Source: Chrysomallon squamiferum
Lineage: Eukaryota; Animalia; Mollusca
Length of the DNA: 64,000 bases
Reading direction: 5' to 3'
NCBI GenBank assembly: GCA_012295275.1
Contig: CM022671.1
Location: 23,002,001-23,066,000, forward strand
Positions 1 through 15,167 of the stretch are shown here, piece by piece. A program made the position numbers and the translations under genes. The notes under the pieces are model-generated. The model made no database searches and was not told where the DNA came from. It saw nothing but the letters and a program-made list of their open reading frames with translations. Position 1 is the first letter of the stretch, and each line of letters begins with the position of its first letter.

Positions 1-222
1 CACTGATGTTCCCTTTCTAGTGTTACTGGATGAAACGGGAAACAGGCTAAAAGTGTGCACGACAAATAACGACAACGCTCCATGAAAATACGGTGGATGC
101 TTCTGCTATGAGCGGTCTGGATAATCGTAACAGAACTAACCATCCAATCTTTATACGACTCTTTAATATTACAACTTTTGTTGATATGTTATGCATGAGT
201 ATATGTTGTTTCTGTTTGTTTG

Positions 223-261
<39 letters not shown>

Positions 262-1836
262 TTAATTATTATTATTATTATTACTGTGAATGACTAAAAT
301 GAGAAGAATATTGAGACTCATGAAAAAAATTTATCAAAATAAATAAGTAAATTAACAAGAAAATGAAATATTTAATTCTTATATATGATACCATATCAAA
401 ACATATAAGTAAATGGCTCTTCTTTTTCGTGTATTTGTGTCAGGTAGTTTTGAAGGATAATTACAGATTACATCTGTATACGTTTTTATACATGATATAA
501 ATATTTCACTTTAACCAAATTGAAACATAATTTAATATTATATTTTTTATGTTATTCGAGTGAGCAGTTACTCATCCACTTGGAACATGATATCCAGAAA
601 CAAACAGTCTAGCATGAATCCATGATGGCATAAAACATGCGATCTTGGGTGAATCAAAACTGACATGCATTCTATCGCGAATCGTCTGTAAGAGAAACAA
701 ATCCCATGTGCCATTAACGGGTACACATTCGTGCGTCTTTACTTCAGTAAATCCACAAAATCAATACACCTCATTTACCCCGCAGACACGTGACTCGAGT
801 ACCCACGGTTTAATAACAATATCTTTGTGGTTCCGAGTTGCTCAATCAAGCCCTTTGTAACGTTATCGGAATCGAACTGAAATCATATTTTATCGACATT
901 AAGAAGTTGTTTGATTGGCATTGCATGAGAGCTTACCGCTTATCTAAGCATTAAGTAGTACTATTCAAATGTTTTCTGATCTGATTTCGCACATGATAAA
1001 ATCCCAAAGCGTAACCGGGTAATGAAATATTACTAATAAGGTCACAAAGTTCTTCTGGGGATTAGGAGGGGCCGCAGTTCTGGATAAGACGTTTAAAGGA
1101 TCACTGGCCTGCTGCTGTTAAAGAAATCCACTGAGGAAAGGTGGCCCAATTTATTATATATTAAAGTGTATATATATTTGTATATATTTGTTTGCCAGAT
1201 GTGAAAAAATATTGAAGTGTGACAAATGATAAATGCATGGCAAAGAACTGAGCAGCCGCTTCTCGTTTGAATATAGTTAACAGACTTTATGTTATTTTAG
1301 TTAGTATGTTTTTCCAATGTCCTTCTCAGTGTGTATGTGTGTGGCCACGCCTATCAAATTCAGGCCTGTCAGATCAGCTTTTATTACCCGGGCAGGCATT
1401 GTTTTGAAATTATTAGCGATTTTTAACTGCAAGCATGTGAAATATGAATAATATTCCAGGATATATATATATATATATATAGTGTTAATAAAATACTAGT
1501 CATTCGGCGATATTTGCTTTTGTTTGGATGACTAGCTAATTGTGAAGATGCTAAATTTACATTTATTTTCTAAAGTTATAACCTAAAAATATACTTGACA
1601 CACCAGAGCTGAAATTTAAAATGCTAATTATTTCGCTCCCGGTAGATGTTATCTCTGCTGCAGTTCTTAAAAATAGAACATCCAGAAAAGAAAAGGCAGC
1701 TAGAACTGAAATAATGTCAGCAGATACTCTAACAAAAGGTATGTATTTACATGAAATACCTGTAATGTCAAAGGTCGGCTATATACAATGTTTATACACT
1801 TTTATCTTTTTCTTTATTATTAAATTTTTATAGGCC

Positions 1837-1876
<40 letters not shown>

Positions 1877-2610
1877 AAGATAACGCATTAAAACATTATC
1901 GCATTCGGGTAAAATAATACATACACGGAAGCATAAATTATTTAAATTACATTTCAAACGATACGAAGTGTCATTAATGGCGTGAACACTGACAGTGCGT
2001 TTATCATTTTGTGTAAAATGAAGTGCCTTCTCTGTGCTGAAGTGTAAATTGTTTAATAAAATACATTAAATGAGTTTCACGTTTTTCAGAGTGCTACATG
2101 CATTTTATTTTTTATTTTTTTTTTTTTTTTTTGGTTCAACATAAAGTTATATTTTATGGTCTGAATACCTAATCTTTGTAAATTTGCCGTCACAGAAAGA
2201 TCGCAAGAACACTATAAAGAATCGAGCTGTTACTGGATGAAGGAAGAGACAACAAGTTAGTTTGCGGGAATGCAACTAGAAACTATAATACAATAACGGC
2301 AAATGGCTGTTCTGAAGTACACAGCTTAATACTGAAACCTATAGGTCAAACGCACGTGCAAAAGGGGTCAGTAAGTCGGCTCAAGTGTTTCTAGTGCGCC
2401 ATCAAAAATCAAGATGGCTTCTCAAGACGCTGAAACGTGGCGAGAATCAAAACAAACACTTACTGCTCTTCAGTGTTCAGGTAGCAGAAAAATAGTTTTC
2501 AGAGAGAAATGTGGTTTCAGTTTTTGTCAAGCGGACAAAAAGAAACGTAATCGAATGTAACGCTAAAAATCAAAAGAATGCTAAAGATGATAAGAGTGCT
2601 TGCTGTTACT

Positions 2611-2613
<3 letters not shown>

Positions 2614-2682
<69 letters not shown>
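2614..2682. repeat. (GA)n microsatellite
   Basis: Perfect AG run; similar runs occur near 3900, 16470-16572, 41145, 41865-41995 and 47345-47430 (CT). Confidence 0.95.
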
Positions 2683-2686
<4 letters not shown>

Positions 2687-3092
2687 CTGCAGACGAAAAC
2701 AAAACAAATTAGAGTAAATGAGAAAAAAAAAAAAAAAAAATTTTAAAACAAAAACAACAACAACAAAACAAACAAACAAACAAACAACGGAAAAACTAAC
2801 AAATAAACCAAAAACTTTCCATAATTATTCTGAAATGGATATCTCCGGAATACAGACAATTTAAATATGGATAAAAGTAATAAACTTTTAAAATTTTATT
2901 TTACGAGACAATTTCTTATCAGTCGCCTGCTTTCCGTGTTAATAATCACAGTCTTGTCTACCTCGATATCTTTATGCGGGATTTATAGACCTTGTCACTG
3001 AGAGGGTGTGTGAATAATAATAATAATAATAATAATAATATATATAAAAAACTAAAATAACTCAATAAAATAAAACTTAATAATAATAATAA

Positions 3093-3136
<44 letters not shown>

Positions 3137-3817
3137 TAATAATAAATGATAAAGAATTTTAATTCATGTTAAAGTATTTTTTTTTTTTAAATAAAAAGCA
3201 TAAGCAAACACTGTTTCTGAAAATTTTGAAAATATTAATAAAGATACAATAGTAAAGATAAATTCATTTTAAAAAAAAGGGGGAAAATCACGCAAGATTG
3301 AAAATATTCGTTCCAGAACAGACAGCATTGCTTCTAAAATAATCTTTTCTCCTAAAGTTATTATTATCTTTTAAAACGTTATTTATCTCTTAAATACAAT
3401 AATTATCACAATTTTATCATCCACTACGATCTAGAACATGCCAGTCTGATTATATCGTTAGGTGTTGTCAGCAGGCGGCCACGAGATTGCCGTCTGCTTC
3501 TTTCTATTTTTAGCTCCACGAGGAAATTACCGCCGGGAATCCGAATCTGACGCTAAACTCGCCAGACGCGGTAAATTAGTAAACGTTTCGGACCGATTAC
3601 AAACTGACGAAAGATTTCAAAACTTTTTCGGGAACGAGATCTTTATAAAAAAAAGGTGAGTTTTAATATTTTAAATTAATTCCTATTTGATAACAAAAAA
3701 GTATATTATATTATTTACGCAGCTGTAATAGAACAATATTAAACGGAACTGTAATTAAATAACATTCTTGGCTTTTATGACGGAATTAAATATGAGAAAT
3801 AAACTAAACAAGATTTA

Positions 3818-3856
<39 letters not shown>

Positions 3857-3888
3857 TGCATACATAATACAAGGAGAGAGAGAAAGAG

Positions 3889-3947
<59 letters not shown>

Positions 3948-5458
3948 CGGATTTAGGCTTTCAAAACATAAAAACAAATTTCACCATAAAAAAAAAGAAT
4001 CTGTCAGCAAAAAATGGAGTATGATAATTTGAAAATTTATTCACCAGATTTTAAACACTGCATATCATACATTTTGTTAAATTCATTCATTTTATCAATC
4101 CTGCTTTGTTTGTATTTTGACACTTCAAAAAAGAAAAAGAAAGAAAGAAAAAAAAACCCCAAACCCCCAACAACAACAACATAATGAATGCACTTAACTG
4201 CTGATTATTTATTTAGTATTAATTATTTATCTTTGTTATGCAATATACACATTTAAATTTCTCAAAACTGTCAGTTACCTGAGTCATTTGTTTATATACA
4301 AATATAAAATGTATTGGAAGTTTCCAGTCGGCGCTTTCGATCTTTGCATTGATGAATAATTAGTAAGTCAAACGATATTTTATAAAGAACATCATTGATT
4401 TTGTATTTCCATTCTTTTGATAACAGACTGTGCGTTTTTGTAAGCTGATAAATAATTTCTTCTATTATTTCGTTCACAAAAAAAAAGAAGGGTCTAACAG
4501 ACTCAGTTTCGATGTTGTTAAGTCACTCGAAACAAGATGTTAATAAAACACGAAACTGAATTGTTTTCCATTTTAATACAAACACCGTGCAACAGAGAAT
4601 GCAGTTTGTAAATATTTATGTCTGCATTATTAAGCAGGACGATTTTGTTAAGGTCATGTTTTTGGGAAAAAATGCTTAGCATATATTAAAACAGTAAATA
4701 ACGTTTAAATTATTTGTCAGTTATTATATATATGTAAAACTTGCATAGCATACATTTCTCTTTTTTTTTTTTTTTTTTTTTTGGATTGTTAAGAATATCA
4801 TTAATAATATGAAAATAAATAACTAAATAAAAGCATCGACTTGAAACAAGGCTTTCCTGCTAAACCGTCGTTGAACGTTATCATCTTTTGATAGCCACTG
4901 ATTTTGAGGTTATCACCTTCTAGTGGCTAATTACCTTTTCCAAGCCTTAAGAAACTAAATGCCAGCTGATTTTCTTGTTTCCAGAAAACACATGTGCAGC
5001 GGCGAATCACCTCTGCCGGGCAGCAAAGAACTCTGTGCCACTTCCGCCCTTCGTCAAATTAGACCAATCTAGATACACCTGTATCTATAGCTTTTTTTTT
5101 TATTTTTTTTTATTTATTTAAAAAAAAAAAAAAAAAAAAATACGTTTTCCATTTCTCAACGGAGGAATTAAAGTTGTCCGGTGATCAAGCTGAATTTAAA
5201 AAAAAAAAAGCCACCTGCAGTGATAAAAGTATGTTGATGTTTCCTTATCAACTCCACACCCCAACCCATTTCATTTCTTATCGGGATTTGGACCCAGACG
5301 TGGCTCGATGGTTTGAGAATCTATCTGTGTCGCCCATTCTGAAACCTTCACTGCCAAGTTTACAGATCAAATGTGATTATCAGTCAGTATAAAATTCCCG
5401 TTATTGGGATATCAAATTATACTTCTTTTTTCTGCTGCCTTGTTTAATCACATTTTAA

Positions 5459-5495
<37 letters not shown>

Positions 5496-8400
5496 CGTTT
5501 ATTTATTTATTTACTTTGTATTTTCTTGATCAGTATTCGTCTTTAATATTAATCTCTTGCAAGGCACTCAGACCTTGACACTGCTAGATATATATCGCAA
5601 GCTAAAATAAACAAAAAGTGATAACGGTCTCGAGGGTTATCGCGCCTATTATTATTAAGAATTTAAAAACAGGAACGTAACTAAGCGCATGTAATATGAT
5701 AAACTGATCATTCCCCTCGAGCGAACGCACTACTTCTTTATCATTACTTATCTCTTTCCGCCTATCAACTACTGCTTAATTTAATGGTCAAAATTGTTAT
5801 GCAATTCGTTATCCGTTTGCGTTTTTTTTTTTTTTTTTTTTTCAATCATTTTCCAAACTATACATATCACGGTTTTTGTTTCCCTGAAGTTTTACCCCCT
5901 CCCTTGTTTGATGCCGTTTTTAGCTTTTATAACGTTTGACATGTGCTCGGTTTTTGTCGGCGAAGTCAAGCTGCGGTGGTTTCCGCGGGAGGTGGAAACT
6001 ACCGCGGTTATCAAGGAAGCAGATAGAGTGTTCAAAAGAAAGGAGCCGCCATTACGTAAGGCGGACAACCGAGTGTGTTTACTCACGTTGGTTGCTGTAA
6101 CTGTCGTGTAACTGATGAAAGGCCGTGTCAACACTGCGAGTCGTTTAACTGTTTATTGGTCTCACACCACGTCGTCGTCCTGTTGCCATTTCTCAAGCTT
6201 CGCGTGTAGACACACACATCTCAAGGATGCAAATGAACCATTGTTAACTTCGCTCGTAAAACACCTTTTTCTGTTTTTGTTGTTGTAATAATAGACTTTT
6301 TAATTTTTTTTTTTTTTTTTTTAATATGGGAAAAGAAAGAAAGAAAGAAAGAAAGAAATGAATCCCATATTTCAAATAATAAAAATGAACTAATATAATA
6401 TTTATATAGCTTACAATTCTTATATGCACACTTACATACGCGCAATTATTACGCTACAAACAAGAAGCATTTCAAGAAAAAAAAAAAAAAAACTAATTAT
6501 ATATCATTGTTTATTAGTATAGTATTGGTTATTAAGCAAAAATACCCATTTCCTATCAAAAGATTATACTTTTTTAACAAATTTTATTCCAGATTTATTT
6601 TATTGTGTTAATATACAAATTACTTACTTTTTGGTCTTATACCAACCAGCTTTTACATAAAATGGCCAAACTGATTAGTCAAATATTTAAATCTTCGGAT
6701 TTCATCTCAGATAAAAATTAATCCTTTCAAAGCGCTAACTACACTACAAAATATTTCGATTACCCATTTAGTTACAAAATATTTGAAAATGATTGTTTAA
6801 CACTGGCATGTTAACGAAACTATTTAGACTACAAGTATTAAAACTTTAGCATTTTCAGGTTATGACCATAAATTATTCCCCTTCAAAATTCGGAGTGGTT
6901 ATCTTGATAAACTACATCTAGACGAGACAATTTTATGGTCGGAGGATTATAGACAATTATTTACATCTCCTTGATTAACTTAAAGTGCTACTGCAGAATG
7001 TAACGGTGATGCAACACCTTTGAGGAATAGTATAGTTTCCTGGGATAGCGCTCTATTTGTCTGGGTTAATAAGCCATGCAAATGGATGTTCTGCCAGTAA
7101 CACCCAGCAGGCAGTCAATGGATTCTGGCTCAACATGTGCATCTCCTCAAACTGTTTATTCAGTGAGACTAATGATCCTTTCTCATATTATTACACAGAG
7201 CTAATTGAAGAGATAAAGAAGGAACAGAAGAAGAAAAAAAAAAAAAAAAAAAAATTCTAAAAAGAATGTTAATTACTTTTGCAACTTAAGTAAAATAAAA
7301 AAATTTAAAAATCTGAATGAAGTCTGTGCAGAAAATTGAAAAGACACCTTGAAGAAGGTATCTTATTTTATAGCAACAAATCTGAAAAATCCACTGCTTC
7401 GTTGGTGTGCAACTACGTATCAGTAACATCACTAAAATATAAAAAAAAAAACAAAAAAACAGAAACGAAATGATCGTTGGAGAGAAAAAAAGAATTCAAC
7501 AACAATAGAACTATTTTTCTTCTTTATGTTTTTGGTGCTATGCTTTTTATTCAAAGGGATGTGCATTAGCTTTACCGTGTAAAGTGGTTACATCGTTGAT
7601 TAATTTAATTTTCTTCAAGGTCCCTTCAAGACAGGCACGTACTAATACTATATTTAGCTCTGCGATCAGTACGAAGTTACATTACTAGAAGACATTATTT
7701 CAGTTGCGAGATAACCAAGGTAAACAATCTAGAATATGGTCTGAGTATTCTGAATGTAGACTTTATAAAGTTTTTTAAAGCTTCGATTTACATATGTCAC
7801 CCATTATATTATTATTATTCAGTGAAAAAAACAATTCCTGTGGTTCTTTCTCACAGTAAATAATAATGATTTTAAAATATTTTTTCCGCGGCACGCGACA
7901 CTTTTATTTGCTGTGCACTCGAGGCAATACTAATCATACATCACAGACGCTGCTGGCAACCTGCACGTTTAGTGGCATTTCAGTTTACTCTGTGAAACGT
8001 TACGGGCGTTCTTTCAGCTCGTATTTTCTAGTCTCCAATACTGCGTTACAAGATGCTATCCTTTCTGGATCAAACGTTAGTAAATTATTAGTTCAGAAGA
8101 AAAAGCTGTCATTTTTTTTTTTTTTTTTTTTTTCGCTAAAGATTTATGTTGTAAAAAAACTGCTTCAAAGAAAAGCAGTAAAAGGTATAACATATACCAA
8201 TTAACTGTACATAAAATAAATTAACAGCTGGTTGTGATATTAAAGCTCAGTTTTTGTACTTAATTTCATTATATGTATATTTAACTTTTTTAATTTCTGT
8301 ATTTTTTTTTTTTTTTTTTTTAACTAAATGTGAGCTGTTTTTATTAAGTATAAAATACCCATGTTAATATATAAAAACTGGAATGTGGAACAAAAAAAAA

Positions 8401-11400
8401 AAAAAAAAAAAAGAAAAAAGAAAATAAAAAAAGAACAGCAACAAAAACACCAGTAGAGACAAAAAAAAAAAAAACCGAAACATATTCGAAATTTAATTAA
8501 AAAAGCGATAATGTTTGAAATCCAGTAAGATCTCTCCAGCTGCATCATATTATATCAACCAGTATCTTTTTCTTTGCATATATTGTTTGTTTTTTTCCCC
8601 CACCACAGTGAAGACGACTTCCTTACCTTTTTGACAGTGGTCGTTGTTCGCCCTAGATCCTCGATTCGTTAACAAACAACTCACTTGACCGACCGTCGGC
8701 CCCACCCACCCATTCACCCACCCCCACAAACCACGTCGACCCCCGCCAGCCACCGTAAAGCTACGCGTCACGTACGAACGAACAGAAGTAACATGTTGGT
8801 TAAAACGTAGTCGGACAGGTAAACGTGCTTCTGGCAGATGTATGACATACTCCCGACGTTGCAGTAATTTGTGTTTACCTAGTCTGCCGAAACGATACTC
8901 TGAAAATGTCGGAAGCGTTTAAGATAGCCTTCAGATACACGTTGTTAAACAGCTGTTCGTTATTACTGATTACAAGGGAGACAAAGCTAGAGAATGCATA
9001 AAATAAAAACTGGTAACAAGATACAAGACACTTTGATTCACTTAAAATAAAAAGCAGGTCACACTGACGTTGTTCTGCGCACAGTTTTGAGTGCAGTAAT
9101 ACGTTGTCTGCATGACGACTGGCGGAACAGTTTATTGTGTTTTTGAAACAAGCGCGTACTAATTAAGGTTGACCAAGCGCCTGTTATTAGAACCTGTACA
9201 TATTGCTTGTATTAAAATATTATCTTTTAAGTCTGAGGTTGGTAAACTGAGTATACATAAAACTTAAGTTTGCTTTGGCTTTGTTGAAATCTCGGCGTCG
9301 TGGCAGGCGCATTAAATGCTGATTATGAGCTTTCAGAAAAATAGAAACTTGTGTGTAAACAGCGAGGAGTACATAAATTATAAAATAAGCATTTTTTTTC
9401 CCTCTGTATGTCTGTGTGCGCTTATATATATATATTTACTTTTTCAATCTTTTTTCTTATTTATACTTTTCCAAATACTTATTCACAAATATATATATGT
9501 ACACACACCCACACCCACACACCCACACACCCACACACATATGTATATAGATAGAGCCTACATATATACGTACGTACGAAAGTACATACATTAATATATA
9601 TTATTATTATTTGTTGTTGTTTGTTATTATTATTATTATTATATAAAAGCCAAACAAGTACTAATGACATGATAACTTTTAAAATAAAGATAATGGTAGC
9701 CACATCGTTGAGTATCGAAGAATCGTTGGTTCCATCATTATTTTCTGCCTGAGATTCCTGGACAGAGTTACTATCAGAATGAACTCCGACCAGCAGCTGG
9801 TACCATTAGCAACCTCAACTTCGGAATGGTTAGGACGGGATCACAATATCATGTTATTTAGTCAGCGGTTACTAAGTGTGAGAAAGAAAGACATTAAGTG
9901 GGAAACTTGCGTTATCAAAATAGTTTTGGATATAGCAACTAATGAACGAATGTTTAATAATAGCACAAAAACAAATAAACAAACAACATCCTACCTAAAA
10001 AAAAAAAAAAAAAAAAAAAAATCAACGAAACAAAATGAGCAAAACAAAACAAATATATTAATTAATTTGTCCGTAACAGTTGCCATATGATCATGGTGAT
10101 GAGAACGGAAACCTGGTTAATAGCAAGGAAACGTTTATATGCGTCTTCCTTAGGATACGAAAACACAGAACACTCCCTTTGTTAAACACACACTGAAACG
10201 AGAACCAGTCACCGGCACACTGGTTAAGGATGGTTCTTTTCTTGTTCTCTAGAAGCATCAGGAACCCAACCTGGTTTTTTGTTATTATTATTTTTTTATT
10301 TTACCAACTAATCCCCACCCCCTCATTTACTTACAGCTTAAAAGGAACATTTGTCTAAAGAGCATAAAGAATTTACTGTAACGAAAGTCTATAAGAAAGT
10401 TATATTCTTGACAACATGAAAGATACATTAAATTTGGGATATTAAGGGGAAATTGTCTTTAGACATGATTTTAACATTTAATTTCCACTATAAGCCACAA
10501 CCTTAACGATTTGGGGCTGTCATAAATACTTAGTTGTGAAGACATCATCCACAAACAATTACATATATATATAAAAAAAAACACGCCCTTTTTACATAAA
10601 TCGAAGTAAATCTTTCCCCACCTCTTGACCCAGCCTTTCCTCTTAAGTTCGCTTCTCCAGTGTAAGATCCCACACAATCAGCTGGTATGTAAGAACAATA
10701 CAGAGTATTAAAGTATATTGAAACAACTAAATACAGAGAGCAGTATTAAATAGCTATGAAACGTTTGAGTATAAAATTATATTACTGCAAGAAATAAAAA
10801 AAAAATTATATAGAAAAATATAGAGCAAAAAAAAAAAAAAAAAAAAAAAAATAACCAAAAAAAAAAAAAACAATGAAGAACATCGAGCTTAAAGTTAAAG
10901 AATTATGAAAAATACCCAGTTTGAATTAATGCGGAAAATGCCGAGTGCAATATTAGGAGTACGAAAAGTCCCGAGTATAAGCAGACGGCAGAGTCAGACA
11001 ATGCACTGTAGAAGGGGTTATCCGTGACACACGATACGTGTACAAACACCTGGTAACGCGTTATCATTAGACGGCAGTTTTTCAGACACTAGGAATGGCC
11101 GTGGAACTAACTAATGGCCGACTGGAAGAGTTTCGCCTACAAGCAAGCTGTAAGTTCCTCTGCTAAGCGAAGGTTCTCTGGTGCATATAAACTTATAACC
11201 ACATGTACACACCCTACAATCACAACAATACAATATCTGCAAATTCGTGGGAGTCTAAGATAGAAATGGTTAAAGTCGCGGTCAGTATATTTGTCAAGAT
11301 CAGTCGTTAAATAAAAAAATAAAATAAAATGTATAAATAAAATTAAAAAAGGATCGAGAGACAATATGGATATTTAAAAAAAATGAAACTAAGCTATATT

Positions 11401-12847
11401 TAAAATTTATATTAAAAATTTATTTTCTGAATTATTATTTTTTTTCTTTATAAAAAGAAGGTGTACTTATTTATATAATAATTGATGCTTTTGCTTCAGT
11501 TAAGGTTTACATACACACAGCTAGATTAAAATTTTAACAGGTTGTAATGACTGTATCGATTTTGATATTTTGTTTTATAAATAATTAGTAAATTTGAAAA
11601 ATAGGTTTTAGTCATCCTGACTTTACTCGGTCCTCAGTACATGGAAATTTTTTTTTTTTTTTGAAAGTTTTAAGATATTTTACATCTTTATCCAGCTAAA
11701 GTTTTTAGTCCGGTGTTTGTTGTAGTTGGGTAACGGTATTTGAAATGCCAGTGCAAAAGAGTGCCGTTAATAGTTTGATTATTTCACACCGATAACACAT
11801 GGATAAAATCCATCGACAAGTTCGAATCATATATACGTTACACACTACAAATACAGTAACTAGTGTTTATGTTAATTTAATTATGTTTTCATGTTTATGA
11901 AAAAATAAAAAAAAAAAAAAAAATAAAAAAATAAAATGAACAATAATATGTGATATATATATATATATAATTTTTAAATATTTTTTTAAATCGCACACCG
12001 TTTTGTTTTTAACTGACCGATGCTTTTTTTTTTTATCCTTTTCATTTCTTTGTAATGAAAATTTAATTCATCATCTAAATTGTATAACTAATCTTGAATC
12101 GTTCTTTAATATGCAACTCAGTTTAAACTCATAAATTGTAATCAAGGAATAGATCTGTAAATTTTCAGATTACAGTCACCATCCAGCTTTACCCCACTTC
12201 CTCTAAGGTGTAAAATTAAATGTTCTCATTATAACCAAAAAAAAATAGGTGGCATGGGTGGGTGGATTTTGTTGTGTCATGGGATAAGCTTTGCGGTGTT
12301 TGAAAACACACTTTAGAAAACATGAAGTGTGGCTGGCTGTATGTCACAAAGCCCTGCCCGTTCGTTGTTTACCGAGTTAAGATTTGATAACCCACAGTAT
12401 CAAACATAGCACATGCAACAGCAAAGCAGGGAGGGAGCTCGTGTAAGGAAAACAGTTTTAACGTTTATTAAAAGAAGCTCTCTTTTTTTTTTTTTTATTG
12501 TTTTGCCTGAGATATTTTTATTAATATCAGCAGTGACGTGCAAATACCACACAACGTGTTTAGAACTACTACAAAAATTGATATTGCTGCAAGTTGTAAC
12601 GTATGAATACTGGAGTGTGTGACATTGTCATAATTTATAATGTTGCCAAGAAGGTACCAGCGTCACAGTTCGTTACTGCTGTAACATAATGTTACGCGTT
12701 CTAACCTGTATTTAATTTTGTGCCAGACAAAAAATTATATTACCACAACGCTTCGTCGTCGTTTGGTTTTGCTGTAAAGTAATAACAACAGTGCCTGCCG
12801 CAACGTAACGTTTTATGTACTGAAATGTTCTGTCTTCTGTTTTACAG

Positions 12848-13539
12848 CCAACCAGTCAGCGGAGCGCACCTACGGAAGAAGCGATGAGGCGATGAAAGAC
12901 TTTCGGTGGCTGTACACCAGCTAAACAAATCAGGCGGCTGTATGGTAGGTTACAACCACCAGACGTTCACAAAGTTCTCAAACGAGATCGGAGCAACACG
13001 CCGCGGATTTCTCTTTGGGGAATAATAAAGCAATTGAGAAAACACACGGTTCCGGGATACATTCTGCTATTACTTTAAGCTCTTGTGTTCCGAAGGATAG
13101 TGTGGTGTAATAAGAGAGGACACAGCGTAAAGACTGAAAGAGAGATAGAGAGAACGTATCATTTTTTTTTTAAATTATTTTTTTTTGTTAAAAGTCTTCA
13201 TAGCATGAGTTCTCTCTATCTGGTTTAAGCTGTCAGGTGTCTTGTGATGAATATCGAGGTGTGACACTGACAAACAGGATTTAAAACTGATATATTACAG
13301 TGACGATAACGAAATCAAAAAGAAAAAAAAAAAAAAGTCTTTTATACTTTTTCTGAGTGAATCAAGTGGTCGTGGAGACTGACTTTGTCTTCTTTTTTTG
13401 TAATATCTTCTACGATTTGGATTACCACATTAATGGACATTTTTATATATAACTAAAACAAACTTGGCGAAGCAGTTATTTGTGCCTTAACACCTTTTAC
13501 CTCTTGTTTTTTTTTGTTTTTCTTTCACCGCGATTAACA
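12848..13539 (+). other. Possible 5' UTR part of FReD exon 1 (implies an upstream non-coding exon)
   Basis: Strong acceptor-like ttctgtcttctgttttacag| ending at 12847, followed by a GC-richer tract; no transcript evidence available. Confidence 0.3.
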
Positions 13540-14047
13540 ATGGCTCACAGCTTATTTAGCGTCATTTTAGCGCTGTGTTTGTTTCTCTCTGTTTATTCAC
13601 AGATTCCTCTAAAAAAGAGGAGGCGAGGCTGCAAATGTATGCACAGGTTTCTCAACGACGTTGACAAACTTATTGACAGAAAGATTAAAAACTTTGAGGA
13701 GAAATATTTCATTCCCTTATTAAATTCTGGCCTTGAAAATTCCACCGCTGTTCCTTCTCTGGAAGAAAGGCGCTGGATGAAGCTGAACGGAGACGTGCAT
13801 TACACAAAAGAGGTCCTGAAAGGGATTAGCAAAACGCTGCAGTACGTGAAGGACCAGGTGAGCAGTCAGAAGCGAGACACGGACTCTTTAAACGACTACT
13901 TGTTGCAGCTGAACCTTTCTGTGAACAATCTCACGGCGCTCGTCGAGAATCTCGAAAGACTGATAGCAAATCCCACGCAGGGCCTCGCAACTCCTCAGGC
14001 AGAGCCCACGCAGAACCACCACACACCCGCACCGAAGTATCCGCGAC
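13540..14047 (+). CDS. Fibrinogen-related (FReD) / angiopoietin-like secreted protein, coding exon 1 (signal peptide, coiled coil, Pro/Thr linker)
   Basis: ATG at 13540 begins the hydrophobic MAHSLFSVILALCLFLSVYS. A Leu-heptad-rich stretch follows (LNDYLLQLNLSVNNLTALVENLERL). The exon ends KYPR + C at a canonical donor C|GTAAGT (14048), phase 1, matching the phase-1 start of the next exon. Confidence 0.88.
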
Positions 14048-15125
14048 GTAAGTACATTTATTGTTATTATTATCATGGTGTCTGTGCACTTCGACCTATA
14101 TATTCTGGCCGTGATTATAATGACCTGAGATGATTCAGTGTGATTAAGGAAATATATTTCCTGCTCTGTTGTTTGTATAGACTTCATGGCTAAGATGTTT
14201 TCGAGACATTCGCTATGTTTTGTAAAAGACATAGAAACATCAGAATAGCTTTTTACTATACACATGCACACATACACAAACACATGCACACACACATGCA
14301 CACGCACACGCACAAAAATTATCATACATATACATACACCTACTCACATAAACAAACACATACAAATATCCACTTCCACAACTATACCCCCCCATACACT
14401 ATCGTACAGACCAGTTACTGCAATTACTTCGAGTTAAAATTCAATAATCCAGCATTTTATATCTGAAACCTTTATCACATACATACATACATTCAGTAAT
14501 ATCAACAAATCTCCATACTAATAAATAAAAACAATAACAAATTTAAAAATAGAATGAAGAAACAAAGTAAACAAAAATTCAAGGTCCTTTTTTTCATTCA
14601 GTATTGAAACTATGTTTTGGTGGTGAACATATTTTTCTTTTATCCTAATATTATAAGTGAACGTACTGTATAATGTTTGTCTCACCATGTACTATATAAT
14701 CTGTGATGTTACGTAGTTGTTTAAAAAAGTGTAAAAATGTTCTGTCATCAAAGTAGTGAGAGAGAACAAAGAGCGAAGTGTTTCGTACAGTATGTACACT
14801 TGACGATCAGCGATCTGAAAGTTACGTAACGTAAACCCGAGTTCGCTGTTCAAAGATGATAATCAAAAGCAGGAAAATATTTCGTCGACAGTACAAAAAG
14901 TTGTTCTTCTTCATTACGCCCGTCATTCCGTTCCGTAACATACACACTGAGTAAACCATCTGACGTACTCCTCCCAACAGCACTACATGCAGTGTAGTGT
15001 GTGTGTTAATAATAGCCCGAAACTTTGCGTGTTTCCTGTTGTTGTCGGCGTAACATTTTGTTGTACTTGGTCATAATGCGGTTACAGAGTGACACGTCTG
15101 TCACATGTGTGGGAAACTAGTCGTA

Positions 15126-15167
<42 letters not shown>

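Noticed and set aside
1836-1878. (T)n(A)n palindrome, also A-run/T-run pairs near 20787-20836
   Set aside because: Homopolymer runs are ubiquitous in this window; there is no specific signal.
13480-14133. ORF-track call of a 217-aa single-exon protein
   Set aside because: The true start is the ATG at 13540, and the frame is left at the GTAAGT donor (14048); the tail is intronic.
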